A stretch of 64,000 nucleotides of DNA from Pseudomonadota bacterium (GTDB lineage: Bacteria > Pseudomonadota > Alphaproteobacteria > Paracaedibacterales > CAITNM01), in the NCBI GenBank assembly GCA_018062345.1, contig JAGOSL010000007.1, forward strand, positions 1,598-65,597, read 5' to 3'. The notes below the pieces were generated by a model. That model was not told the origin of the DNA, ran no database searches, and was given only the letters and a program-made list of their open reading frames with translations. Position 1 is the stretch's first letter, and every line of letters begins with the position of its first letter. Made by a program: the position numbers and the translations under genes. Positions 1 to 10,203 of this stretch are shown here, piece by piece.

Positions 1-1243
1 ACCTCTTTTCTAGGATCTTTTGCAAAAACCACAAGGCAGGCAATAGGGTCATTGAGGAAGCCAAAAATAAAATAACCCAACCAAATTTTGCCGCAATATA
101 ACCTGCCACGATTGATGCAAGTACGCGCGACAATGACCCCAAAGAATACAAAAAAGTAAAATGACTTGCTACGTATGGGCTTCTACAAAAAAATGACAAG
201 TAACTAATAAACCCCGTTGCCAAAAGGCCGGATGAAAAGCTTTCAATGCTTAATGTTAGAATTAATAAGTTTGTTGAATGCTCTGCAAGAAATGCTAACC
301 ACGCAAAAAAGGTGCATCCCAACATTTGCAGCACAATTGCCAACCTCAAACAGAATATTACCCCTTTGTTATTAACAATTAGGCCCGCAACAAAACTTCC
401 CAATAGCATTAACCCCACCCCATAAACTTTGGTGATAGAAGCATATTCAAACTTGGAAAAGCCCAACGAAAACAAAAACGGTGCTCCTAAGGCATTCATT
501 ACCGTGCCTGCAATTTTGATCATTAATATAAATCCAATCAATTGCACCAAAACGGGAGATTTTAAAAAGTCTTGTAATGGATGTAAGAAAATAGCTTTAA
601 AAGTATTATTGGATTTTTTTTGGTGACCTATTCCAACCAAAGGATCAGGCATATTCACTAAACCAATGACTCCACTAATACAGCAAGCTGCCATAGCAAG
701 ATAAGCACCTTGCCACCCGATAATGATAGATAAGTAGACAGCTCCGGCACCTGACGTAATCATGCCTATACGAAAGCCAACTGATTCAGATGCGGCTCCT
801 CCTCCAATTTGGCTAGAATCAGATGCATAAATACGCAGTGCATCTAGTACGATATCATGAGTAGCTGCAAAAAAGCTGACAGCCGTAGCTACAAATGCTA
901 CCCCTGCAGTATTACTTACTGGATCAAGAAAGGCAAGCACTATAAGACTTGTAATTAGTCCAACTAGCGCACATAGACCAAATCGCTTGATAGGATGATA
1001 TTTGTTAAAAATTGGTAAGTGAACTCTATCGATTAATGGTGCCCACAGAAATTTAAAGGCATAGGGCAAGCTTACGGCTGTAAACATCCCAATTGCTTTT
1101 GCATCAAAGCCACACTCACTCAGCCAAATACTCAATGTTGAAAGAGTTAGTAAAAAGGGAATGCCGCTGGTAAATCCCATTGCTATTAGGCACAAAAAAA
1201 TTGAATGACGATAGAAGCTAAATACGTGCATGATTTTGAACAT
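1..1243 (-). CDS. ampG: AmpG-family muropeptide MFS permease, C-terminus cut by window edge
   Basis: Hand translation of the minus strand; it is absent from the ORF track because it runs off the window. Sequence: MFKIMHVFSFYRHSIFLCLIAMGFTSGIPFLLTLSTLSIWLSECGFDAKAIGMFTAVSLPYAFKFLWAPLIDR... This fits the AmpG N-terminal signature (GF.SG.P..L...TL..W ... Y.FKFLW.PL.DR). It is multi-TM and open to nt 1. The start is ATG 1243 or the in-frame ATG 1231. Confidence 0.8.
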   Translation of the reverse strand, partial: MFKIMHVFSFYRHSIFLCLIAMGFTSGIPFLLTLSTLSIWLSECGFDAKAIGMFTAVSLPYAFKFLWAPLIDRVHLPIFNKYHPIKRFGLCALVGLITSLIVLAFLDPVSNTAGVAFVATAVSFFAATHDIVLDALRIYASDSSQIGGGAASESVGFRIGMITSGAGAVYLSIIIGWQGAYLAMAACCISGVIGLVNMPDPLVGIGHQKKSNNTFKAIFLHPLQDFLKSPVLVQLIGFILMIKIAGTVMNALGAPFLFSLGFSKFEYASITKVYGVGLMLLGSFVAGLIVNNKGVIFCLRLAIVLQMLGCTFFAWLAFLAEHSTNLLILTLSIESFSSGLLATGFISYLSFFCRSPYVASHFTFLYSLGSLSRVLASIVAGYIAAKFGWVILFLASSMTLLPALWFLQKILEKR

Positions 1244-1333
1244 TCTTTGCTGCAATAATATAAGCACTAAACTTAACTAAACGCACTAAATTTTATGAAA
1301 TATATGAAAAAACGCCAGCTTATGTGATTAAAG

Positions 1334-1423
1334 TGGCGGATGGGGTGAGATTCGAACTCACGGAGAGCTCACACCCTCGCCGGTTTTCAAGACCGGTGCC
1401 TTAAACCGCTCGGCCACCCATCC
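1334..1423 (-). tRNA. tRNA-Ser (anticodon UGA) with long variable arm and encoded CCA
   Basis: The reverse complement folds as a cloverleaf. Acceptor stem is GGATGGG/CCCATCC. Anticodon stem is CCGGT/ACCGG with loop CTTGAAA (anticodon TGA). It has a long variable arm, T-arm GTGAG-TTCGAAT-CTCAC, discriminator G and CCA. Confidence 0.9.
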
Positions 1424-1495
1424 ACTATATACGTGAATATCGCAGGCTTTTTTCATTCTCGCAAGCTTTTTATGCAGATTTTAGTGATTTTCTAT

Positions 1496-3676
1496 TTACT
1501 TGGAATGCATGTGATAAACACCATCCCAATTAGCAGGAGGAGGAGTTTCTTTAAATGCCTTACATCTTGAAATATAGAGCTCACAAGGCTCATCTCTTCC
1601 ATAAATAGTCTGCAATTCACTAAAAATAGTTATAGCTTCATCCCAGCGTTGGTCAAGATAAAGCCTAAAACCTTTGGAAAACTCTTCGCAAAATTTTAGT
1701 TGATCATCACTTGGTAAAACTATTGGGTCAGAGTTTTTCAATGCTACAAGCTCATATATGGTAATACCTTCATTTTTTCCTTTTACGGCCACAATATCTA
1801 GTGGACGCACAACAGCATGCTCATGAAGTTGTCGAACCGTAAAATCACTAACGATAATATTTGTCCTATAAAACTTATTTGTTCCCTCAAGGCGAGCTGC
1901 CAAGTTAACTGAATCGCCAATAATTGTATAATTCATTCGCTCAGAAGATCCCATGTTACCAACAATTACATCCCCTGTGTGGATCCCTATCCTGGTAAAA
2001 AGTTCTGGTTTTTTTTCATATCCCCACTTCCTATTTAGATCGGCTAAGCGTCGCTGACAAAGTAATGCACTTAAACAGCAATTCAGGTAATGGTTGTTGT
2101 CTTGTTGTGGCGCCCCCCAAAAAGCCATGATTGAGTCGCCGATATATTTGTCTACAGTACCATTATTGTCTGTAATAATAGAGGTCATCTCATCGAAATA
2201 TTCGTAAAGGTGCAATACAAGTTTTTCAGCCGGGTAAGTTTCACTAATGGTTGTAAAGTTGGCTATATCTGTAAAAAGAATAGATAGCTGCTTTTTCTTA
2301 CCGCCTATTTTAACTTCAATTCCTTTATCAACTAATTTTTTAACTAGTTTTTTAGGCACAAACTTTCCAAAAGAAATTAAGCTACTTCTCATCCGAGAGA
2401 TAGAATTTTGTAGTTTCTGTATCTCTTGAATGCCAGAAACTACCCCAGCCTCTTCTTCTAGCTCAAAATTAGTGATCCGATCTGCTTGCTCTGATAAATT
2501 ATTAATTGGCCTTGCTATGCGTTTTGCTATGAAAGCTATGACAATGGTTGAAAAAATCAATATAAGCAGACAGATAAGTAGAGTATTACGCTGAGTAGTT
2601 TTTACACCCCCGATAAATTCATCAATAGGAGTGACCATCAAAAAATCCCAGTCCTTAAACCCATCAAGCGCAAATTCTTTAAACAAAGCTATGTATTCTA
2701 CCTGGTCTACCGTAAAAACAAACCGAGATTTTTTTTCTAATTCTTTTTTTTGATACGCAGCAAGAATAGATTTATCATTTAGATCGTCTACAGTAATAAG
2801 CTTGGTATCTGTACCCACGATTTTGGAGTAATTTTTTTCAACTGGATGAGCAACAATCTCTCCTTTTTGATTAATTACTAGACTTATACCTTTCAACGTA
2901 TTTTTCTGAAGAACAGTAGCTAAACTCTTTAAGCTAACGGTCGAAGATATCACACCTACGAATTCTCCTGTATTAGAAAGCAAAGGAACACCACATGCAA
3001 TACTGGATTCCATTGTCACGTCAGAAACAAAAATATCAGTCCATATGTTAGAACGTGTTTGTTCAGTTTTTTTGTACCATGGACGATTCTTGTGAATCAT
3101 CGTAATTTGGGATTCAGGTATATTTTCTTCGTCAAGCTTTTTACCATCGTTATCCAGGTAGATCCAAGATTCGGTTGGCCTTGAAGTACTTCTATCCACA
3201 ATTCTTAAAGCAAATACTGCTTTTTTAGGCAAAACTTTTCCTTGATCGATGCGATAATTTGCTCCGGGCTGCAGCGGTTTTACTTGAACAAAATACCCTG
3301 ATTCAGTTCCTACATACACACTGTCAACAAGCCCATACTGTTTTACATGCCCCATCATGAATTGAATTAAATCTTTATTGATTATACCCGCTCTTGATGT
3401 GTCTCGAACTAAATAAGAACCAAGTTCTGTTGAAATTAAAACATCTTTAAAATCCCCCATTATACTGGATACTTCAGAATTACTAATATTTTCCATCAAT
3501 CTATTAGAGAACTCGAAAATTGAACGAGAATTATTAATGTAGGTATATGTAATAATTGAAAAAGCCGTTATAATCTGCAAGACAAAAAAGCTACTTAAAA
3601 TATCAAATTTAAGATTTCTACGCCTTAAACATCTATCAGCTAGGTAAATAAAAAAATTTTTAATAATTACGCTCAT
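1496..3676 (-). CDS. Membrane sensor class III adenylate/guanylate cyclase (Cache-like periplasmic domain, HAMP, CYCc)
   Basis: 726 aa with an N-terminal TM segment, a ~300-aa extracytoplasmic region and a second TM (LLICLLILIFSTIVIAFIA). A HAMP-like linker is followed by class III cyclase motifs ILFTDIANFTTISE, KYIGDSIMAFWGAP and IGIHTGDVIVGNMGS. Confidence 0.85.
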   Translation of the reverse strand: MSVIIKNFFIYLADRCLRRRNLKFDILSSFFVLQIITAFSIITYTYINNSRSIFEFSNRLMENISNSEVSSIMGDFKDVLISTELGSYLVRDTSRAGIINKDLIQFMMGHVKQYGLVDSVYVGTESGYFVQVKPLQPGANYRIDQGKVLPKKAVFALRIVDRSTSRPTESWIYLDNDGKKLDEENIPESQITMIHKNRPWYKKTEQTRSNIWTDIFVSDVTMESSIACGVPLLSNTGEFVGVISSTVSLKSLATVLQKNTLKGISLVINQKGEIVAHPVEKNYSKIVGTDTKLITVDDLNDKSILAAYQKKELEKKSRFVFTVDQVEYIALFKEFALDGFKDWDFLMVTPIDEFIGGVKTTQRNTLLICLLILIFSTIVIAFIAKRIARPINNLSEQADRITNFELEEEAGVVSGIQEIQKLQNSISRMRSSLISFGKFVPKKLVKKLVDKGIEVKIGGKKKQLSILFTDIANFTTISETYPAEKLVLHLYEYFDEMTSIITDNNGTVDKYIGDSIMAFWGAPQQDNNHYLNCCLSALLCQRRLADLNRKWGYEKKPELFTRIGIHTGDVIVGNMGSSERMNYTIIGDSVNLAARLEGTNKFYRTNIIVSDFTVRQLHEHAVVRPLDIVAVKGKNEGITIYELVALKNSDPIVLPSDDQLKFCEEFSKGFRLYLDQRWDEAITIFSELQTIYGRDEPCELYISRCKAFKETPPPANWDGVYHMHSK

Positions 3677-3760
3677 AGATTACTCAATATTTCTCATAAT
3701 TTATTTTTCATTTTCCAGTATCAAGCACATATGGTTAATTTGTTACTAACAAATTAAGTT

Positions 3761-4564
3761 TTACCATTTAACCTCTTGAGAAAAATACATTGCCTGGCTT
3801 CTGATGGGATCATCTTTATTTAATTTAGTAATAAGCATTGTATCAATGTTATGCCTTGCTGCACCTTGAATATCGGTATATTCTGTGTCCCCAACCATTA
3901 ATACCCTCTTAGGGTAATTAAGAATTTTTAGTCCTTGTTGAAATATCTCAGGAAAGGGCTTGCCAAAATTGAGCACTGCCCCACCCAGTTGCTGGTAGCG
4001 AAGCGTCAATAACCCCGGTCGCAAACACAATTTTCCTGTGGAAAAAGCAAACAAATCAGGATTTGCACAAATAAGTGTAAGACGACGGGCAATTGCATGA
4101 TGAAATAAACCATCAAAATGTTGGGCTATTTCTTCGGGAAACTCCACGGTAGGTGGTACAGCTAAACAGAGAACCGCATCAGCTTCCTCAATGTCTGTTG
4201 TTGATTGTAGCAATGGATTGAATGTTTTCCATCCTTGCCAGTAATCCTTATCGATAACGTAAAATTTTTGAGGCGTTACAATAGTCGCCTGAAGATAGTG
4301 CATGCAAAGATCTCCCGCTGTTATCACGGATTTATATAGATCTGTGGGCAAACCACAATTTTGCAAATTTTTCGCACAGTCCTTATCAAGAAATGGAGAA
4401 TTTGACATCAAAAGAAGTGGTTTGTTTAATTGATGCAACCTCTTTATAACATCTAAGGCATTCTCAAAAACTGCTCCACCTTCATAAATAACCCCCCATA
4501 AATCAAATATAAAGGCATCATAGTCTTGGAAAACATCACGGAATTTTTCGATAATCTTGTTCAT
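3761..4564 (-). CDS. HAD-superfamily subfamily IIA hydrolase
   Basis: 267 aa. HAD motif I is FDLWGVIYEG. It also has LLMSNSP and C-terminal GDTEYTDIQGA, typical of HAD-IIA (TIGR01459-like) phosphatases. Confidence 0.7.
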   Translation of the reverse strand: MNKIIEKFRDVFQDYDAFIFDLWGVIYEGGAVFENALDVIKRLHQLNKPLLLMSNSPFLDKDCAKNLQNCGLPTDLYKSVITAGDLCMHYLQATIVTPQKFYVIDKDYWQGWKTFNPLLQSTTDIEEADAVLCLAVPPTVEFPEEIAQHFDGLFHHAIARRLTLICANPDLFAFSTGKLCLRPGLLTLRYQQLGGAVLNFGKPFPEIFQQGLKILNYPKRVLMVGDTEYTDIQGAARHNIDTMLITKLNKDDPIRSQAMYFSQEVKW

Positions 4565-4755
4565 TATTGCTTGCTAACCGTCAAAGATATGTAAAATTTC
4601 TATCTAAATTTCTTGCAGCCCATGAACTATGCAAAAAATCACCATAACAAGCATTATTTTAAGAGAAATAGCTTAATTATTTATTAAGCTGAGTTAACTT
4701 CGCTGATAATTAAGCGAGGCTAAAATTATAATTCTGACAGGTCAGGCCAAAGGAC

Positions 4756-5808
4756 CTACTTATCTTCCACTGTATACCTGTCAATTGCTTTGGCAAAAGC
4801 TTTGTATGTGCTTGGCAAATATATTTTTGATTTACTAAGACGAGCTTCATTCATAACGACAATATATTGGCTAGTTTGAGCTATTTGTATTTCTTCAATT
4901 TTTTTCTTTCCTAAAGCTAAGTCCATAGCCATCTGCATGGCAACCTCCCCTTGCTCAAAGGGCGAAGTGGCTATAGATATAGCAGCACCATCTTCACAAA
5001 CGAATCCATTAATACCAATGATCGGGACAGGAGAATGATCAAAAGCCCACTGCATCGCTTCCTTATAAGGAACAAATTTGTTATTTGAGTCTTTAGATAA
5101 AAGAATTTTCCTATAATTGCTAATTAACATAAAATCCATATGCTTATCAGCTTCAAGAATAACTTTTTTCCATTCGTCAAATGTTTCGACTAGGAAAGAA
5201 GGACCGAGTATTAATGGGCTCCAATCTTTTGAAGAGTGCATATTAAAATCATCAAATTGTACCACTTGAGAGTTATCTGATACGTGAGAAATACGCGGAA
5301 TTCTTTTTATACCCTTTTGTTCAGCAAGCAGAAATATAATATCTTTTATTCCACTCATTGGAATGCGCTCTAAAATTCCAACAACATTATTAGCTTTGTC
5401 GTACCCGTACCTTTGGGGAAGCGCATTAACGCCCGCGTAAACTATATATATATTAGGTTTATTTTTGTAAAATTCAGCAGCAAATTCTTGGGCGTCATCA
5501 TCAATAGTAAGCAATACATCAGGACTAACGAAATCAATCACCTTTATAGCTGTGGCCCCTGCTTTCTTTTTATATTGCATATCAGGGTGATTCTTTGTAT
5601 TCATGTAGTGCCATTGTATATTAATAAAACTTTCATTTTGCAACACACGTTTGATTCCTTCATTGACGTCTCTTACCCACGAATAATCAGGAGCGTAACT
5701 ATGAAGTATGAGAATAGTTTTACGTTGCATTTGCAAAAACATAATCATAGAAAAAATTATTGTTGTAACAATAAATGGCACTAACTTATAAATTTTGAAG
5801 TTTCGCAT
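4756..5808 (-). CDS. Membrane-anchored periplasmic ABC_sub_bind-like (PF04392-like) substrate-binding/sensor protein
   Basis: The ORF track gives 4756..5877. I prefer ATG 5808 (MRNFKIYKL...), which is preceded by AGGGAA and lies just after the upstream gene's stop at 5819. The protein has one N-terminal TM followed by ILILHSYAPDYSWVRDVNEGI, the pattern of that family. The family call comes from memory of the motif. Confidence 0.5.
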   Translation of the reverse strand: MRNFKIYKLVPFIVTTIIFSMIMFLQMQRKTILILHSYAPDYSWVRDVNEGIKRVLQNESFINIQWHYMNTKNHPDMQYKKKAGATAIKVIDFVSPDVLLTIDDDAQEFAAEFYKNKPNIYIVYAGVNALPQRYGYDKANNVVGILERIPMSGIKDIIFLLAEQKGIKRIPRISHVSDNSQVVQFDDFNMHSSKDWSPLILGPSFLVETFDEWKKVILEADKHMDFMLISNYRKILLSKDSNNKFVPYKEAMQWAFDHSPVPIIGINGFVCEDGAAISIATSPFEQGEVAMQMAMDLALGKKKIEEIQIAQTSQYIVVMNEARLSKSKIYLPSTYKAFAKAIDRYTVEDK

Positions 5809-5818
5809 ATTTAATTCC

Positions 5819-7303
5819 CTACAAACCAATCCAACACCAATAATAGAAAGAAGAAAAAACAGCCAATATGCGGACAATATTTGCCATTATATTGAAAGCT
5901 AAGAATTTTTTTTCATTAAATGAAACACCGGCCTCTTCAAGAACATCACTCATAGGTGTGTAAAAAATGCACTGATATTTAAAAAACCACATATCCGTAA
6001 CCATAAGGCAGGCAAAACAAGCTGTCCAAGCTGTAACCCCATACGCTTCTGCCAGTGTAATAAAAACTGGAATTAAAAGCGCTATAGTAGCTCCAATAGG
6101 CAAGAAAAAACGAACAATCATTGTTAAGACAACAAAAAATGTAAACAGAAGTCCAGGCGATGTCTCAAATACATTAGTAAAAGCCCTAAGACTTCCTGAA
6201 AGAGTACCAGAAATATTGAAATAATTTATAACTGAAGAAATTCCTATAATAGATGCCATAAATAATAAAAAGGTCCAGTCTACTTTAGACAAAAGGTCTT
6301 CTCGACTAATAATATTAAACGCTAGCAATAGGTAAACAAGACTAAACGCAATCCAAGTTGGTGAAATTTTATGGTATGGAAAAGTGAGCATCCCAATAAA
6401 AAACACAGCCATTGTTGCGAATGAAAACCACTCATCTTTTGAAATAGGGCCCAAAGCTTTAAGATATTCAGCTATCAATTGATCTTGCTGTTTAATTAAT
6501 TCTTGGGAATTTTTTTTAGCGCTTTGGGGATTTTTCCCGCTCATCAGCTGACGATCTTTAAGGAAGAATCTTTGCAACACAAAATAACCTATAGCATACG
6601 TCACTAATATCACAATAAATGCGGCAAAAGATGCCTTAAACCACCCAACAAGTTGAAATTGTAACTGCTCTTGTAATGGCAGCAGAGCAAGAATAATAAA
6701 ATTCATTAAGGAGGCACTTAGAAAAATATTACTAAATAAGGAGGCACCAAAAAACGCACTGACGGTTGTCGAAAGCACGCATCCTTCATGATTTTTTGCG
6801 CCAAACATTTCTAAAACTCTAACAGCTGCTTTACCTACCAAGTGGGTTCTACTAATAACTGAAGGAATTAAAGGTGTTAGAAATGCAAAACTTATAAAAA
6901 ATACGGCATCATAATAAATTGCTTTTTTAGGAACCAACCTTAATAACGTTAATATTAAACGAGAAATAAGATTTGAACGTGCAATTAAAATTGTTATAGC
7001 AAGAACGCTAAAAACCATAATGAAAGTTTCAGACGAGAATCCTGCTAGAATAATGTTGGTAGGCACCAAACCTAAAGATGCACAAGCAATAACAACAAGA
7101 ATGCCTGGCAGATACTCTCTGACAAGCCTAAAAATCCACATCACTACTGCTGATGATAAAATTGAAGAAAAAATTATAACTTCATTAGCTATGCCACTTG
7201 CGGCGAGTAAAAAATATGTAATCACAGGCACAATGATTGATAGAAACCAACCAACTGTGTCTGCATAGTTTTTATAATTATTTTTAACGATAGAACTTTC
7301 CAT
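5819..7303 (-). CDS. Polytopic anion/DASS-type (SLC13-like) permease
   Basis: 494 aa with more than 10 hydrophobic segments and a central hydrophilic loop (KNPQSAKKNSQELIKQQDQL). This two-half architecture is typical of DASS/ArsB-NhaD superfamily permeases. The substrate is unknown. Confidence 0.5.
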   Translation of the reverse strand: MESSIVKNNYKNYADTVGWFLSIIVPVITYFLLAASGIANEVIIFSSILSSAVVMWIFRLVREYLPGILVVIACASLGLVPTNIILAGFSSETFIMVFSVLAITILIARSNLISRLILTLLRLVPKKAIYYDAVFFISFAFLTPLIPSVISRTHLVGKAAVRVLEMFGAKNHEGCVLSTTVSAFFGASLFSNIFLSASLMNFIILALLPLQEQLQFQLVGWFKASFAAFIVILVTYAIGYFVLQRFFLKDRQLMSGKNPQSAKKNSQELIKQQDQLIAEYLKALGPISKDEWFSFATMAVFFIGMLTFPYHKISPTWIAFSLVYLLLAFNIISREDLLSKVDWTFLLFMASIIGISSVINYFNISGTLSGSLRAFTNVFETSPGLLFTFFVVLTMIVRFFLPIGATIALLIPVFITLAEAYGVTAWTACFACLMVTDMWFFKYQCIFYTPMSDVLEEAGVSFNEKKFLAFNIMANIVRILAVFSSFYYWCWIGL

Positions 7304-7380
7304 AGCAACCCTTTGTCGGTATTAGTGCGTTCAAAGCCTTATGTATTATTTCATACCTGCCATATAAAAATGTCAATCGT

Positions 7381-8262
7381 TTATCCAGAAAAAGTGTGAA
7401 GGGATGAATACTTAAGGGCCTTTTTGATCTTTTCAAAAGCTGAAATCTCAAGCTGTCTAACTCTTTCTCGAGAAATCGCTAGTAATTGGCTCAAATCCTC
7501 AAGAGTTTTTGGTGGTTCTTCCAAACGTCTTCCAATAAGAATTTTTTGCTCTCTATCGTTCAGCGCAGTCATTGCCTCTTGCAGCGCTTTCCGGCGTTTA
7601 TTTAACTCATCTTTTTGAACAGCTTGAATTTCTTGATTATCGCTCTCATCTGCAAGCCAGTCCATCCACTCTGTGGTAGTTTCGGTATCGCGAACAGGAA
7701 CATTCAAAGATGAATCATGACCAAATGTACGTTGCTCCATAGACCAAACTTCCTCTTCTGGAACATTGAGCTTAAGTGCAATTTTTTTCACAAGCTCGGG
7801 TGTTAACTGATCACTTTGTTGCTTGCCTTCACGCTCTTGAGATTCTTGCAAGAGAGCACGTTTGGTTTTTTTTAGTGAAAAAAATAATTTTTTTTGTGCG
7901 GCCGTTGTGCCAATTTTTACTAAAGACCAAGTATGTAGAATATAATCTTGCATGCTGGCCTTAATCCACCACATTGCGTATGTGGAAAATCTAAAACCAC
8001 GATCTGGCTCATAATGTTTCATCGCCTGCATCATGCCAATATTACCTTCAGCAATCAGATCACTAATAGGCAAGCCATAGCCTCTGTACCCTGCTGCAAC
8101 CTTGGCAACCAATTTTAGATGAGCCTCGGCCAACTTTTCCATAGATTTTTGGTCTTGTTTTTCCCGCCAGTCTTTGGCTAGCTTATATTCTTCGTCGATG
8201 GTTAAAACCGCGATGTTTCTAACTTTTCGCACATAATGATGGTGGTCGTGATGTTGTTGCAA
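7381..8262 (-). CDS. rpoH: RNA polymerase sigma-32 heat-shock sigma factor
   Basis: 293 aa. Region 2 reads LIAEGNIGMMQAMKHYEPDRGFRFSTYAMWWIKASMQDYI. An RpoH-box-like AQKKLFFSLKK is present. The region 4 HTH is LAISRERVRQLE. Confidence 0.9.
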   Translation of the reverse strand: MQQHHDHHHYVRKVRNIAVLTIDEEYKLAKDWREKQDQKSMEKLAEAHLKLVAKVAAGYRGYGLPISDLIAEGNIGMMQAMKHYEPDRGFRFSTYAMWWIKASMQDYILHTWSLVKIGTTAAQKKLFFSLKKTKRALLQESQEREGKQQSDQLTPELVKKIALKLNVPEEEVWSMEQRTFGHDSSLNVPVRDTETTTEWMDWLADESDNQEIQAVQKDELNKRRKALQEAMTALNDREQKILIGRRLEEPPKTLEDLSQLLAISRERVRQLEISAFEKIKKALKYSSLHTFSG

Positions 8263-8346
8263 TATCGTATGCTTACAAAATACCTACTTTAAAGTGTAAC
8301 TAGTTTTTTCATTAATGTTCAAGAGGCTGAATTCATAGATAAAAAA

Positions 8347-10107
8347 TTATGCCTCTAGCTCTTGTTTTATTTGCTGATTCCACAATTTTTCATACAAACC
8401 CTTTTGCTGTAACAATTCGTGGTGAGTACCTGATTCTGCAATTACACCCTTATTTAATACAAATACTTTAGCTGCATTCACAATGGTACTGAGCCTATGT
8501 GCTATAATGATAGTGGTGTGGTTTTTAGAAATTTTTTGCAAAGTCTCATGGATACGCTTTTCTGTAGCAGTATCTAGAGCTGAGGTTGCTTCATCAAAAA
8601 TAAAAATTTTTGGTTGCTTTAAAAGAGCTCGCGCTATCGAGACTCTTTGTTTTTCTCCACCAGACAATTTTAGACCACGTTCACCAACTGTTGTATTAAG
8701 ACCTTCTGGCAGTACTGCTATAAATTTCCCTAACTCTGCATTTTGTGCAGCTTCTTGCACTTGCTCAAACGAAGCAGATGAATCTGCGTAAGCAATATTA
8801 TAGCCAAGCGTGTCATTAAATAAGACAGTATCTTGAGGGACCATTCCTAAAATTTTTCGAAGGCTTTTTTGTGTAACTGACTTTATATCTTGGCCATCAA
8901 TCAGTATCCTGCCCTGGGAAGGATCATAAAAACGAAATAGAAGTCGGGATAGAGTCGACTTTCCTGCACCTGTTTCACCTACAAAGGCTACTGTTTCACC
9001 AGGTTGTATTTCAAAGCTAATATTTTTGAGAATGTGACGATCTGAACCATAGCTAAAGCTCACGTTTTCAAAAACAATTTTTCCCTTTTTATAAACCAGT
9101 GCCTGCGCATTCTGGGCGTCTTTTATATCTGAATCTTGATCAAGTAAATCAAACATTTCTCCAAGATTCACCATTCCCTGTTTAATTTCTCGGTACGCAA
9201 ACCCTAGATTGAACAAAGGCATAACAAGTTGTAGTGAAAAAGCAAATAATGCAGCGATGTCACCCGCTGTAATTTCTCCCAAAGCAGCACGATTAATTGC
9301 AATACCAAGCATTCCGCCAAGACCAAGTGAAAATATGATTGCTTGCCCTGCGTTCAAAAGGTTAAGCGATCCCTTTAACTTACGTGATGTTTCTTCATAA
9401 AAAGCCTGAATTTCATCGTATCGCTTAGTTTCAAAATCTTCATTATTGAAATACTTAACCGTTTCAAAATTAAGTAAACTGTCAATTGTGCGAGTGTGCG
9501 CCGAATTATCATAGGAGTTCATTTGCTTAACAATTTTTAAGCGTCTTGTAGCTACATTAATTGTGAAAACTACATACACAAGCATTGTTGAAATCATGAT
9601 CAAACTACACCACGGCCCATACCAAACCCATAATAAAACCGATAAAAGAAGTGTTTCTATGAAACTTGGCAAAATTGTCATCATAAGAAACTGACTAATC
9701 ATTTCTAATGATTTTGTGGCACGTTCAATAATACGACTAAGTCCGCCAGTTTGCCTATTGAGGTGAAAATTCAAGCTCAACGAATGCAAATGTTTAAAAG
9801 TGGTGACGGATATCTCGCGAAATACACGTTGTGTCACAATATTAAAGATATAATCACGCAATTCATTAAATATTTGTGCAAATATGCGCATAGCAACAAA
9901 ACCGACCAAAAGATAGAAAGGAAATGAAGCCGGATGCTTTTCAAATTCGTCGATTAAATACTTAAAAATAACTGGCCCACCTAGCACACATATACGCCCA
10001 ATAAATAGCGAGAACAGAGCACTAATAAGGTATATTTTTGCTCTAATCATATTCTTTGGCCATAAATAGGCTTTGAGCTTTTTTAAGGTAAGAAGTTTTG
10101 AATTCAT
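8347..10107 (-). CDS. Atm1/ABCB7-type ABC half-transporter (permease + ATPase)
   Basis: 586 aa. The N-terminus KLKAYLWPKN and LNFHLNRQTGGLSRIIERATKS match the Atm1/HMT1 pattern. It has Walker A GETGAGKST, signature LSGGEKQR and Walker B IFIFDEATSALD. Confidence 0.85.
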   Translation of the reverse strand: MNSKLLTLKKLKAYLWPKNMIRAKIYLISALFSLFIGRICVLGGPVIFKYLIDEFEKHPASFPFYLLVGFVAMRIFAQIFNELRDYIFNIVTQRVFREISVTTFKHLHSLSLNFHLNRQTGGLSRIIERATKSLEMISQFLMMTILPSFIETLLLSVLLWVWYGPWCSLIMISTMLVYVVFTINVATRRLKIVKQMNSYDNSAHTRTIDSLLNFETVKYFNNEDFETKRYDEIQAFYEETSRKLKGSLNLLNAGQAIIFSLGLGGMLGIAINRAALGEITAGDIAALFAFSLQLVMPLFNLGFAYREIKQGMVNLGEMFDLLDQDSDIKDAQNAQALVYKKGKIVFENVSFSYGSDRHILKNISFEIQPGETVAFVGETGAGKSTLSRLLFRFYDPSQGRILIDGQDIKSVTQKSLRKILGMVPQDTVLFNDTLGYNIAYADSSASFEQVQEAAQNAELGKFIAVLPEGLNTTVGERGLKLSGGEKQRVSIARALLKQPKIFIFDEATSALDTATEKRIHETLQKISKNHTTIIIAHRLSTIVNAAKVFVLNKGVIAESGTHHELLQQKGLYEKLWNQQIKQELEA

Positions 10108-10196
10108 TCCTTTTGATCCATCTCAAGCCACATTGCATTTAAAATACTAAATGTGCACGCAAGCCCTAGCCCAAGCACCCAACTAAAATACCACAT
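10104..10196 (-). CDS. cydX: Cytochrome bd oxidase small subunit CydX (30 aa)
   Basis: Hand-found because it is too short for the ORF track. Sequence is MWYFSWVLGLGLACTFSILNAMWLEMDQKE, the canonical CydX MWYF.W..G motif. It starts 7 nt after the cydB stop, with GGGGAG upstream. Its TGA overlaps the ATG of the next gene (ATGA). Confidence 0.85.
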   Translation of the reverse strand: MWYFSWVLGLGLACTFSILNAMWLEMDQKE

Positions 10197-10203
10197 AACT
10201 CCC

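Noticed and set aside
1244-1495. tRNA-Ser as a possible genomic-island integration site.
   Set aside because: No integrase, no direct repeat of the tRNA 3' end and no mobile-element genes are found on either side. The neighbours are ampG and a sensor cyclase.
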